NCBI RefSeq assembly: GCF_006345805.1
Contig: NC_043006.1
Location: forward strand, 38,998,001 to 39,062,000
Reading direction: 5' to 3'
DNA from: Octopus sinensis
Taxonomy: Eukaryota
DNA length: 64,000 nt
Part shown: one piece after another, positions 37,674-51,497 of the stretch
How positions within the stretch are numbered: position 1 is the first letter of the stretch
How the letters are laid out: each line of letters begins with the position of its first letter
Position numbers and translations under genes: made by a program
The notes under the pieces: model-generated
Seen by the model: the letters and a program-made list of their open reading frames with translations, nothing else
What the model was told of the DNA's origin: nothing
The model's database searches: none

Positions 37674-38056
37674 AATATATACACACACACACACATAGAT
37701 AGATATACTTATATATATATATACACAATATATATGTGTGTGTGTGTGTGTGATACATGTATATATATATATATGTATATATACATGCATATACACACAC
37801 ATATATATACATGTATATATATATATGTGTATGTATACACATGTATATACACATATGTATATGCATGTGTATATATATATACATAAATAATATACCTACG
37901 TATATAAATACACACACAATCTGCATCTGTATATGCATGCATGCACACACACATTCATATGTAAAAAGACTTGCGTATATGTGTGTGCATATATACACAC
38001 ATGCATTATGTAGATACATGCACATATATAAATACACACATATATATGCCCCCCCC

Positions 38057-38087
<31 letters not shown>

Positions 38088-38875
38088 CACATTATGTAGT
38101 TGCATGCATATATATACACATATATATATGCACATACACACATATATATGTGTATGCATGTATGTATATTTATATATCAACCTACACACATGTATACTCC
38201 AAGACATCTGTGTATGTATGTGGTGAATGTGTGTAGATGAGAATATAAACACACACAGCTGTTTGTCTATATATTTGCATGTATGTTTATGTGTAAATAC
38301 AGTATTTTATCAGCAAAATAATATCCATATACATCATTGAATTTTAATGAAAACAATTTTAATAATGCAAGGTTTGAAAAGTTGATTAATTTCTTGTGAT
38401 TTATTAAGCTCTGTGTGTATATGCGTGATTGTGTATGTATGTATGTATGTATGTATGAATGTATGTAGAAGTCTATATCCACACAAATATCTATATACGT
38501 ACACAAATATTTATGTGTGTATGTGTGTGTATGTATATATACATGGATGTGTTTTTATATTGTTATATGCATAGACATATATGGCCATATACACATAAAT
38601 ATATGTAAATACACACACACACAGACACACACACACACACATTCGCACAAGCACATAAACATACACGTGCATGCATAAATGTATGTGTGCATGCCTGTAT
38701 CATATATATATAGATAGATGGATGGATGGATGGATAAACAGACAGGTAGATAAACAGACAGTCAGATAGGTAGATAGATGGATGGATGGATAGATAGACA
38801 GGCTGACAGATAGACAGACAGACAGATAGATAGATAGACAGACAGCCTGATAGACAGGCAGACAGACTGATAGAC

Positions 38876-38929
<54 letters not shown>

Positions 38930-38949
38930 TAGATAGATAGATAGACAGG

Positions 38950-38981
<32 letters not shown>

Positions 38982-39964
38982 CAGACAGGTAGATAGACAG
39001 ATAGATAGATAGATAGATAGATAGATACACAGACAGACAAATAGATAGACAGTTAGATACACAGACAGACAGATAGACAGACAGACAGCCAGATAGATAG
39101 ATAGATATTCCCATATACATACAACCGTATACAACAATACACATTCAAACACATGTATACATACATGCATCTATGTATGTACATATATGTATATATATAC
39201 ATATGTGTATATATATATATACATATGTGTATATATACATACATATATACACACAACTACATCATGTGTATGTGTGTGTTACAAACGCCCCACCTCCTTA
39301 CGTTTTATCTAAAAAAAATTCCCAGCCGACACTCCCATTTAGCAGGTGCTTCGTTTGAATATTTGTGTGAATCAATTCATCCCAATGTTAGATTTTTTAT
39401 AGAAAGGTAAGAATTTATATACAGTTTATATATCAGACTTTCGTGTGTCATTAATCTTATGTTTCCACTCACAGAGACCACTTTGTCTGACTCATATGTT
39501 AAGGCTGACTAAAGTTTATTTGAAGCTGTGTTTAAAATATAAGCGCAAGGATGGCTATGTGGGTAAGAAGCTCGCTTTGCAGCCAGGTGGTTTGTAGGTT
39601 CAGCCCCACTCTGGGCAGGTGTCTTCTACTATAGCCCCTCCCTGGTCAATGCCTTCTCAGTGAATCTGTTTGATGGAAACTGTGTGGAAGCATCTTTTCT
39701 TTTGTGTGTGTGTGTGTGTGTGTGCATGTGTGTATCTAGGTTTGACTCTTCACCAGTGCTGGTTTGTTTATGTCCCTCTAACTTAGTGGCTCACCAAAAG
39801 AGACTGAAAGAATACAGTAATAGACTTAAAAAGAAATAAAAGTACCAGAATCAGTTTGACTAAAACCCTTCAATGCAGTACCCCAGCATGGCTACAGTCC
39901 ATGATTGGAACAAGTAAAAGATCAATGACGATTATTACTGCTTTGATATTTTTCTATTATACTT

Positions 39965-40280
39965 TTATTTCTTTAATGGTTTCAATTTTAATGGTTTTCA
40001 GTTTCTTTAATGGTTTCAGTTCTTTTAATTGATTCAGTTTTTAATGGTTTCAATTCTTTTAATGGTTTTCAGTTTTTTTTATGGTTTCAGTTCTTTTAAT
40101 GGTTTTCAGTTTTTTAATGGTTTCAGTTCTTTTAATTGATTCAGTTTTTAATGGTTTCTATTCTTTTAATGGTTTTCAGTTCTTTTAATGGTTTTCAGTT
40201 TTTAATGGTTTCAGTTCTTTTAATTGACTCAGTTTTTAATGGTTTCTATTCTTTTACTGGTTTCAGTTCCTTTAATGGTT
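39965..40280. repeat. ~18-bp minisatellite (gttcttttaatggtttca consensus)
   Basis: About 18 units, with a ttaattga variant recurring at about 40027, 40133 and 40221. Confidence 0.9.
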
Positions 40281-40780
40281 AGAATCTGTTTTACTACCAG
40301 TATAAATTATCTATGTTAACCCTGGGCATACGTATGCAAGCATATTATGCTCATAGGATAGAGGCAATAACAAAAATAAACAAGAGTTTTGCAGGAATCA
40401 GATTTAAATTAAGCAGAAAATGGAGAAAATTCTTGATCAACAAACAAATTGCTTACCATCGATTATTATTTTTTAATAGAAAACTTTTTGTATTAAAAAA
40501 TAATTGATGATAGTTAATAGTTGATATTTTGGCAACAGAAGATACAGTAGTTTGACTAAAAGAACTGGCTATTGCAATCAAAGATGTATATTGCAAACAA
40601 TGCATTTGGCCAAATTTGGACATGCAACAGTTTAACATAATAGCAATGATATGTAGTTATGGTGATGGAAACAGGAAAAATATGAGTGTATGTCCATTTT
40701 TATTAATATTTAACTGAAGCACAGAGTGACTCAAGATCTGAGGCTTCCATGTGTTAGCACTTAACAAACATACATATATA

Positions 40781-40971
40781 GGTACAGGAGTGGCTGTGTG
40801 GTAAGTAGCTTGCTTACCAATCACATGGTTCCAGGTTCAGTCCCACTGTGTGGCACCTCGGGCAAGTGTCTTCTAAAATAGCTTCAGGCCGACTAAAGCC
40901 TTGTAAGTGGAATTAGTAGACAGAAACTGAAAGTAGCCCGTCATATGTGTATATGTGTATGTATGTATATA

Positions 40972-41003
<32 letters not shown>

Positions 41004-41210
41004 AATGTGTATGTGTATATTTGTGTGCCTGTATTTGTTCCCTCAACGTTGCTTGACAACCGATACTAATGTATTCATGTCCCTGTAACTTAGTGGTTCA
41101 GCAAAAGAAACTGATTGAGTAGGGTCGATTTGCTTGACTAAATGCGGTGCCCCAGCATGGCCACAGTCAAATGACTGAAACAAGTAAAAAAACAAAAGAA
41201 GTAAAAGAGT
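40781..41210 (+). mobile_element. SINE family A, full length
   Basis: Head and tail motifs. Confidence 0.9.
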
Positions 41211-41835
41211 ACATAGATATGTAGAGACTGGGGTTTCTCTAAGCCTGTATTAAAGACATGACTTAGCTTTAATTTAATCTCCTTTATCAGAGTTCGCATG
41301 TACCTGTGTAAGGGTCTCATGGGCTAATAAAGGAACACTAAGATAAAAGACAATAAAGTATGATATAGTTGTATTTCCAATGTGTGTGTGTGTGTGTGCA
41401 TGTGTATGTTCCCGACTTTAAGGGTGTTGCGAAAGGCCTGGTTGGGGGCCCAACATTCCAAGTTCTTTCACAGGGCCTAGAAAAACTGAAGGGCCACTGC
41501 AATAGGTGTGTGAATCTGAGAGAGGAATATTTTGAATAAAATCATAATTAACTGATCCTCCTGTAGTTTCTTTTGCACAAAGCTAGGAACTTTTCATCAC
41601 CCTATCATATACAAACACACACACATACTTATTGTATATATGTACATATATATGTGCATTTATGAGTGTATATACAGATATAAGAGGCAGTATTTAACTA
41701 AAATGGCCATTTATGTATACAACCAGCCTGCTGACACTGGATATACATGGAGTATGATAAATAGATGGATATATAAACAATGATGATGATATATACACAT
41801 ATTATACACACACACACATATACACATACATATGT

Positions 41836-42244
41836 AGGCACAGGAGTGGCAGTGTGGTAAGTAGCTTGCTTACTAACCACATGGTTCTGGGTTCATTCCC
41901 ACTGCATGGCAACTTGGGCAAGTGTTTTCTACTATAGCCTTGGGCCAACCAAAGCTTCGTGAGTGGATTTGGTAGACGGAAATTGAAAGAAGCCCATCGT
42001 ATATATGTATATATATATATATATGTATATGTGTGTGTGTGTGTCTGTGTGCACATGTTTGTGTGTCTGTGTTTGTCCCCCCAACATTGCTTGACAACTG
42101 ACGGTAGTGTGTTTACGTCTCCGTAACTTAGCAGTTTGGCAAAAGAGACCAATAGAATAAGTCCTGGGGTCAATTTGCTTGACTAAAAGACGGTGGTCCA
42201 GTCAAATGACTGAAACAAGTAAAAGAGCAAAGAGAGTAAAAGAG
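41836..42244 (+). mobile_element. SINE family A, full length
   Basis: Head and tail motifs. Confidence 0.9.
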
Positions 42245-42246
42245 TA

Positions 42247-42288
<42 letters not shown>

Positions 42289-43552
42289 CACATGTACATA
42301 CGAGGAAGTAGGTGTGTGTTTGTGTGTGGATATCTGTGCATGTGTGTAAAAATATTTGTGTGAATGCCACACTGAGTGCATGTCACCATCATATTTGTAT
42401 TCTTTGATAAATAAGCCATCTCTCACTAGAATGACTAAGAACAATAACCAAGTGAAATGTCTCCTTTGTCATCAGAGATGACACAGCATTCACTCGTTTG
42501 ACCTTTCTTAGTTTCTGTCTGTTTCCAGAGATGAAAGACCTCAGTAAAAAACAATTTCATGGCCACAGGCTCTCTCTCACGCACACACACTGTACATACA
42601 GAAACCAATTTTATATAAACGTGAAGTTTTCTATTATTTCTTCTTGACCTAAAGATAGGAGTGAAATTTAGTTTATTTCTATCCATTTATACACGACCCA
42701 CCTTCAATTTGTCTACAACCTTACTGTATAGCTATTTTTATACCTATCTGTTTGTGAGCATCTACCTTTTTATCTATACATAAGTAGGTGTCTGTCTATA
42801 TATATATTTACGTAATTGTTTCAGTATCTACTTACCTCTCTATCTACCTATTTACAGACGTTTAAAAATAACACACCTGTCAAACAATCACTCCATCTAT
42901 CTATCTATTGATCTGTTTGAGCCTGACAATCATTATCTATCTATTTACCTACCTAATTCTCTCTCACCTTCTCACCTGCACGCAAACATGTATGTATGTA
43001 TGTATATACTATATGCTACCAAGCTATCTACCTACTTCTTTACATAGCTAACTGAGAATCTAACTTTCTGGCAATAAACCTGCCAATCAAAATATCTACC
43101 CCGTGTATATATATATATATATATATATAAGTACATGTGTGTCATCATCATCGTCTAACGTCTGTTTTCCATGCTGGCATGGGTTGGACGGTTTGACTGA
43201 GGTCTGGAAAGCCAGTGGCTGTACCAGGCCCAAATCTGATCTGGCAATGTTTCTACAGCTTGGTCTGTGTGTATGTATAAACACACACACACACATACAC
43301 ACACATGTACACATATAGGTACATATGTACACACTCACATACACAAACACACATATGTATGTATATATGTGTATATATATATGTGTGCGTGTGCTCATGC
43401 ATGTGTGTGTTTGTTTGTGTATGTATGTATTAAAGATTGTTATATTCAAATGAGATAGCATGATGGTTCACCAATGCTTAGAACTCTATGTTTATCCAAA
43501 TCTAAACCCAAAACTGGACAGAATTGTCATCCAATATATATTTTAATGATAA

Positions 43553-44640
43553 AGGCTGTGAGCTGGCAGAAACTTTAGCAGTATTTCGTCTGTCTTTACG
43601 TTCTGAGTTCACATTTCATTGAGGTAGTCTTTGCTTTTCATCCTCTCGAGGTTGATAAATTAAGTACCAGTTGCATACTGGGGTTGATCTAATCAACTGG
43701 CCCCCAAAATTTCAGGCCTTGTGCCTAGAGTAGAAAAGATTATTAGATCAACCAAAAGAATCGTTAGCACGCTGGGCGAAATGCTTAACGGTCTTTCATC
43801 TGTCTTTACGTTCTGAGTTCAAGTTCTATCAAGGTCAACTTTGCCCTTCATCCTTTTGGGGTCGATTAAATAATTACTAGTTATGTACTGGGGTCGATGT
43901 AATCGACTTAATCCCTTTGTCTGTCCTTATTTGTCCCCCCTATGTTTAGCACCCTGCAGGCAATAAAGAAATAAATATATTTCAATAATCTACAGAGTGT
44001 ATATATATTCATGAGCAGAATAAAACAGATTTAGTTTATCTTCATATTATGTATATGTTCACATGTGTGTGTGTGTGTTCCCATTTAGGGACAAGGCCAG
44101 TGACTTAAGTGGGAAAGGACTGTCGATTCCTCCAGCTCCAATATTTGAATGGGTATCATACCCTGAAAGGATGAAAGGCCAAAGTTGATCTTGGCAGGAT
44201 TTGAACTCAGAACATAAAGAGTCGGAAAAAAATTCCACTAAGTGTTTTGTCCAAGACGCTAATGATTCAGCCAGTTGGCCTTCATAATAATAATAATAAT
44301 AATAATAAAAATAATAATAATAATCTTTTCTACTGTTGGCACAAGGCCTGAAATTTTAGAGGGAGGGAATAAGTTGATAACATTAACCAAGTGTGTAACT
44401 GGTACTTATTTTATTGATCTTGAAAAGATGAAAGGCGAAGTCGACCTTGGTGGTATCTGAACTCAGAATGATGTGATGGGCAAAATACTGCCCCTTTTTG
44501 AGCAGGGTGTTATTTTATTGACCCCAAAAGTATAAAAGTCAAGGTTGGCCTTGAAATGATTTGAACACAAAACACAAAGAGTCATAAGAAATACCACCAG
44601 GCATTTTGTCTGACACACTAACGATTCTGTCAGCTTGCTG
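43553..44640. mobile_element. Cluster of five SINE family B copies (two plus, three minus)
   Basis: Approximately 43553-43745 (+), 43757-43975 (+), 44085-44280 (-), 44300-44490 (-) and 44510-44640 (-). Confidence 0.8.
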
Positions 44641-46823
44641 CATTAGTGTTATTAATAATAAATTAGTAAATTGATTAAAAAGTAGACAGAAGATATAAGT
44701 AAACAAATAAGAAGAAAAACAACAGTTTAAAGCCAAACCCAATTATGATAGTGTTGTGAGGCCTCTCCTTCATCATCACCACATCCGTTAACACTACATC
44801 GCAATAAACAAGCTCACAAAACTTTCAAACTTTCTCTTAAGCAAGTCTATGGCGCTGTTCACACACTCTGCGATCAGTGAGTCATCATCTAATGTTTGGT
44901 TGGCCACAGTTAATCAGTACCAAATTAACGATGCTAGAGAAACTGCAATAACGTCAATAACAGCAACATCAACAATAACAGACAGCCAATCGGAGAGCTG
45001 GATTTAATAAGGAAGCAGCTATGTGATCGTCTGCTCTGCTAAACATAGCAACCGAATCCCCATCAAAATCTCAGCCAACCATTTCAAAACAATGAAAACG
45101 GGAGACAGATTCAGCAATGTGATCCTTAATACACAAATGGAAAGAAGGGTCAAGGGGTCAGAATACCTTTGATTATAGGGATATGCAATCAGGTTGGGTG
45201 GGCATGGGAGTTAAAACAAAATATAAAAGCAACAAGTTGAAGTAACAGTAGTCAAAATAGGAAGATTATTTTTAATTTTTTAAAGTCTTTCAGTCATTGG
45301 ACTGTGGCCATGCTGGGGCAGTGCTTTGAGGGGTTTATGTAAACAAATTATTTCCAATGCTTATCTTTTTAAAGTCTGTTACATATACTCTATCAGTCAC
45401 TTTGCTGAACTGCTAAGTTATGGGGATGTAAACAAACCAACACTGGTTGTCAAACAGTGGTTGGACAAACACAAACACACACACATTATTCTTAAAACAA
45501 GAATAGTGACTTTGAAGAATGTCAACCAGATAGGCCATTGTTGGACTGTCCATATAAGATTGTTTTTATTATAACTGAACGTGTGTGTGTGTGTGTGTGT
45601 GTGTGTATGATAGGATTCCATACAGTTTCTGTCAAGCAAAATTCCCTCGCAAGCTATTGGTCGACCTGAGGGCTATATTACAAAAAAAAACACTTAGCCA
45701 AAGTGCTGCACAGTGGGACAGAACCTGAAACCACGTGTTTGCAAGCTTGCCTCTATAACCACATGGCCACACATGAAGCCTTTTCTTCAAAGTTCAAGAA
45801 GCAATGCAACATAATCTCCACTTGAACAGAAATGACTAAACATTTGGAGGTGAAAAGGAGGCGGGGTAGAGATTTTACTAACGATAGGTCTCCTCTCACT
45901 GCTACCACTGCTACCATTTATTCTACCAATCAGCAACAGTCACAAAATCAAAGCTAATTGCAATGCATTTCTTGTTGGTGTTGTTTTGCTGGTGTTGATA
46001 ATAAACGAGAACAAATTGATTAGTTAATAAATAAGCTTGGGACTTATTCTTCAACAGTTATCAATAAGTTTCATTCATTTGTGGAGGTTATCATCCTGGT
46101 GTTGGTGCTGCTCTTGATAATGATGATGGTGGAATGGTGGTGGCATTGGTGATGGTGATGATGATGATGGTGGTGGTGGTGGCAATGGTGATGATGATGG
46201 GATGGTGGTGATGGGATGGTGGTGGTGGCAATGGTGATGATGATGATGATGGTGTGGTAGTGGTTATGGCAGTGGTCATGATGATGGTGGTGGTGGTTGT
46301 GTTGGCAATGATGATGATGATGATGGGGTAGTAATGGTGATGATGATGATGATGGTGGCGATGGTGGTGATGATGATGATGACGGTGATGGATAATGGTG
46401 GTGACAATGGTGATGGTAATGATGATGGGGTGGTGGTGGTGGCAATGGTGATGATGATGATGATGGGGTGGTGGTGGTGGCAATGGTGATGATGATGATG
46501 ATGATGATGGTGATGGATGATGGTGGTGATGGTGATAATGACGATGATGGTAATGATGAAAATAAATAATGATTACAGGAGGAGAAAGAGGAGAGTAGAT
46601 GGATGAATGGATTTCTGCTCTTCATTCAATGCAATCATTAAAATTCAAAATTAGTTTGTTTTCAGTTTGCTTTTTATTTTGTTTAATTTATTAATTTATT
46701 CTGTGTGCATGCGTGTGTGTGTGTGTGTGTGTGTGTGTTATATGATGACCCTCGGTGTGTTAGTATAACCTTTATTATTGACCACAAAATATCTTGTGTT
46801 TATTTTTGTGTCATGTGCCTGCT

Positions 46824-47040
46824 TCATTCTCGCAACAAAATCATCATCACCATCATCATCTTCATCATCCTCTTCTTCCTCCTCTGCCACCTCATTATTT
46901 CTCTCATCACTGATTGGCTGTCGTCTGCGACTGGTTTTCCTGGCTGACACGAGTTAGATGGATCTGAACTATGACAGGAAAATAATCCTTCATTTAATTG
47001 ATGCATCATGTTATCCATGATGGCCAGCACTTCATGGATT
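46824..47040 (-). CDS. Exon-like unique island
   Basis: AG acceptor at 47042-47041; only one open frame: IHEVLAIMDNMMHQLNEGLFSCHSSDPSNSCQPGKPVADDSQS...; no strong donor. Confidence 0.25.
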
Positions 47041-47404
47041 CTATGCCAGCATAAATTAAAATGAGATCAAACCTAACCATTTCTTTCCATGCCTTCCTGG
47101 GCCTTCTTTTACCCCAAATACTGTCCACTGTCAGGAAGTGACCCCAGGGGGTTGTGAGCTTGAATCTAACTGGGGGCTTTGGATTGTATGACTGTTGTAA
47201 GTCCCTATTTGTGTTTAGGCTCAGGAGTGGTTGTGAGGTTAGGAAATTGGCTTCCCAGTCACATCGTTATAGGTTCAGTCCCACAGTGTGGCAACTTGGG
47301 CAAGTTTTTCTCCACTATACTACCAGGCTGACCAAAGCCATGTGAGTGGGTTTGGTCAACGGAAACTGAAAGAAACCTATTGTGTGTGTGTGTGTGAGTG
47401 CATG

Positions 47405-48975
47405 TTTTGAGCTGAGTGGGGGTGCTAAGTACCCTTGTTCAAAAATATAAGGACACAGATCATGTCATGTAGTTAGCTAGAGACAATGTCTCCTGGGGCT
47501 AAATTACAGCAACATTCGTCCTAAACCAGGACTGCCATATTATGTTGGTAAATTATCTTTAGGAAGGGTTTCCTCCCCCACGTGGATCGAGCTACAACTT
47601 CTACCGTCGGTGCCACAATTCCCAGTGTATTAATCGCCAGCCCTGCCCCTTTTTCTGCTTTTTTCTCCCTTTTGCTACGGGAGGGTGTAGTTCCTCTGCT
47701 TTAATTGGAGTAAGTTCCCTCCCACCCGCAGCTTTGGGGGTCCTTCAGTGGGCAACCATTGTTGCCTACCATTATCCTTCTTTTTCCCCTTTTTTTCTGG
47801 GAGGTCTTCACTGCCTCCATCTCTTTCTCCAGTGGAGGAGGTGGGGATTCTTCCATAAATAACTGTTCCAGGACCTTACTCTGGTCCTTGGAACAGTTCT
47901 TTGTAATGTGGCCTGGTTCCAGGCACAGGTGACATTTGGGGGCGGGGGGCATCCCTCAAGACTCACCGGATACCCACAACTGGCCATTTTAAGAAAATCT
48001 GGAAACACCAGATTCTTGGCTGATTGGGTCCAAAACCACTTTTGACCCCACTCAATCAGCTGTAGGCAAAATTTTGATACTGAGGAGATTGGCTCCACTG
48101 CTACCCAGACCCTGGTGGATAGTGTCTTCTATCCACTCAGGTTCTATTCCGAGTGGCAACCTGCAGACCCAAGCCCTTGTCAACTTCTTCCCACAATACA
48201 CGTGAAGAAACAATATCTCTTCACCCTCTAGGGGCTGATTCACAAAATTGCAAGCCTCTTCAGGCATGTCAAATAGCAACTACACCATCCCATATTTGAC
48301 ACCCCTGGAAATAAATTTTATATTTGGCATGTATTCCACCAAACCTCTCTCTATATCAATTTTTTTGAAGATGGTGTCGAGCAACTTGGAGTATGTCTGC
48401 AGCACCACCATCCTCTCCTCAAGACTTTTTATCCACTGTTTGGGGTGGGGCAATTTCCCACTCCAACACCTTATCAGCTTTCTTTGCCATGTTTTTGAGT
48501 CCAAAAAAAGTCAACACAAGTTCAAAAAAGGTTCAAAGAAAAAACACAAAAAGACAGAAGAAAGAAGGAAGACAGTTCAAAACACAGCAGAATTCAATAA
48601 AGCACGATTCCAGCCAACAGTACTCCTGGCCTAGGGTACTAGGGTAATCCACCAACAGGAACAGGGCGCCACAAATTGGTACAATTCCACAAATTTCACA
48701 ACTTTTTGGTAAAATTCCACGAATTTCACAACTTTCTTGGAGGTGAGACACCCCGCCCCCAAAACAATTCATCTTAAGTGAACAATAATGCTCAACTGCA
48801 AGCCGACAAATGTCTAAAATCCAGTGAGGACTTCTTGCCTGGGGAAAAATATTACACACCAAACAACAAACCCCCACTGGACCCCAAAAACAAAAGGCTT
48901 ACCTTACAGTTGAGCTCTTTTTGTCAATAATTCGCAGCTACAAAATAGCATGTGACTACCTTAGCGCCAAGAGCA
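47405..48975 (-). mobile_element. Tx1/L1-like non-LTR retrotransposon remnant (5' UTR plus decayed ORF1, no ORF2)
   Basis: More GC-rich unique block. The 5' UTR has a ~30-bp tandem duplication at about 48680-48742. Boundaries are inferred from the flanking SINE sequence. Confidence 0.7.
47590..48490 (-). pseudogene. Disrupted gag-like ORF1 with CX2CX4HX4C zinc knuckle
   Basis: ATG at 48490 gives MAKKADKVLEWEIAPPQTVDK, then a frameshift into SLEERMVVLQTYSK...GMV*LLFDMPEE...RLPLGIEPEWIE..., then YPVSLEG and PKCHLCLEPGHITKNC, followed by a basic low-complexity tail. Stops and frameshifts throughout. Confidence 0.8.
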
Positions 48976-49079
48976 ACACTAACAACCACACAGCAACTCC
49001 TGTGCCTATCCACACATAGCCACTTCCGCACCTATATGCATATTTGTTTTTTATTTATATATACATATGTATACGTCTT

Positions 49080-49460
49080 TATTCTTTTATTCTTTTACTT
49101 GTTTCAGTCATTTGATTGAGGCCATGCTGGAGCACCGCCATTAGTCAAGCAAATCGACCCCAGGACTTATTATAACCCTAGTACTTACTCTATCGGTCTT
49201 TTTTGCCAAATGCTAAGTTACGGGGACGTAAGCACACCAGCATCGGTTGTCAAGTGATGTTGGGGGGAAAAGCACAGACACACAAACATATACACACACA
49301 CACAAACACATATATATGTATGTATATATATATATATATATATACGACAGGCTTCTTCCAGTTTCCGCCTACCAGACACTTGCCCTAAGTACCACGCAGT
49401 GGGACTGAACACAGGACAATGTGGTTGGTAAGCAACCTACTTACCACAGCCACTCCTGTG
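49080..49460 (-). mobile_element. SINE family A with internal head deletion
   Basis: Tail intact; the head lacks the central ccaaagcc segment. Confidence 0.85.
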
Positions 49461-49792
49461 AAAGAAATTTATATTTGGTTGAATTCAAAGTACGTATACA
49501 TTATATGATATATGTTATCACTCATTTTTCTGGTGTTCCTCAATTATTACATATTACTTTTATTATTATAAAGCTCTGGTTTTAATCCCATTGAGCACTA
49601 CAGTAAACTTTTTACTCTGAAATATGTTTTATTGCAATTGAATAATATTTATCATTACATATACACTCATCCACACATTCACAAACATATGTACTCACAC
49701 CAAGTGTAATAGACAAACATGGACACACACACACACACACTATACATGCTCACAGGCATATGTAGTTACAATGAATATATTTGCATATATAC

Positions 49793-49823
<31 letters not shown>

Positions 49824-49861
49824 TGTATGTATGTATGTATGTATGTGTATGTGTGTGTATG

Positions 49862-49976
<115 letters not shown>

Positions 49977-50822
49977 AGTGAATGCATATGGATATGCACA
50001 TTTCAGAGAGGCAGTCAGATTTTATGTGTACGTACATGTGTGTGTGTGTACCTCTCTCTCTGTATATACATGTATGAGTGGATAAACAAATATTATATAA
50101 GCATCTTTAGAAAGCCTGATATATTTCTATGACTATTATATATAATTTTTTGGTATTTCCATTATTAATTTTTTTTCTCTTTTTATCTTAATTTCATTTC
50201 AATTTTACTCCTTGTACTTTCAGAGGGAGTGTTTTTACCTTTTTAAAAAAAATTTTTGTTGTTTTCTTTCTCTTTCAGGGTTTCTTCGTAATCAGCTTGT
50301 ATTTGACAGAGGAGACACACCGAGAGACACACAGTAAGAATAAAAGAAGGATTTTTGCACGATGATGCCAATACCATTTTCAAAAGTAGAACTAGATTCC
50401 TCATCGTTTAAAAATCAGTGCTACAACACACATATGAGTGCCTACAGGCTTGTTACTATTATCATAGTTCTTCAGAAAAAGGAGACAAAGGAGAAGATGG
50501 GGGAGAGAGACAAAGATGATAGTTTACTTTAAATGTAGCATGGTTGGTGGGGGGGGGGAGAATTCCCTCAAAGAAAAAGAAAAAAACATTTTAAAGTAAC
50601 AAAAATAATTAAATAAGATTATATATTAAAAAAAACACAGAAAAAACATATGCCTGTGATATTCTGTATAAACAGCACAGCTGAATGCATATAAAATTGC
50701 ATTATGAAGAAGTGAAAGCGTGTGTATGTGCGGCATGTTCATGCGTGTGTCTGTGTATGTGTGTAATGTGGCTCCGTTTCTCATTTTATGCTCTGTAATT
50801 TATTGTAGGGAAGTAAAAAAGA

Positions 50823-50856
<34 letters not shown>

Positions 50857-50876
50857 GTATAAATATGTATATATAG

Positions 50877-50914
<38 letters not shown>

Positions 50915-50991
50915 GTGAAAAATATATCTTCATATGTCTTTTGCAAATATAAATATATATGTGTGTGCGTATGTGTTTGTGGGTGCTTGTG

Positions 50992-51033
<42 letters not shown>

Positions 51034-51219
51034 TATATATATATATATATATACACATACACACCTGTTCACACACGCACGCACACACATAGTTTACAAT
51101 AAGCAATAACCACACTTTGGACAGCCCTCATTGTCTGTAGTAACACTTGCGCAATGGATAGACATGAATATACATAAATACACATACACAATTATATACC
51201 CACATGCATATACATAAAG

Positions 51220-51266
<47 letters not shown>

Positions 51267-51360
51267 CATATATGTATATTAGCAAATATACATATATTGA
51301 TATATATATGCACACATGTATAAGTGTATTTGCATGTATCTGTATCCTCATATTAATTAT

Positions 51361-51407
<47 letters not shown>

Positions 51408-51419
51408 CATATATATATA

Positions 51420-51497
<78 letters not shown>

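Noticed and set aside
39346-39406. Plus-strand exon candidate GASFEYLCESIHPNVRFFIER with an AAG|GTAAGA donor
   Set aside because: The acceptor is weak and its phase is incompatible with the nearest upstream candidate; left uncalled.
42830-42840. Minus-strand AG|GTAAGT
   Set aside because: Embedded in a degenerate GATA repeat with no polypyrimidine tract or exon-like sequence.
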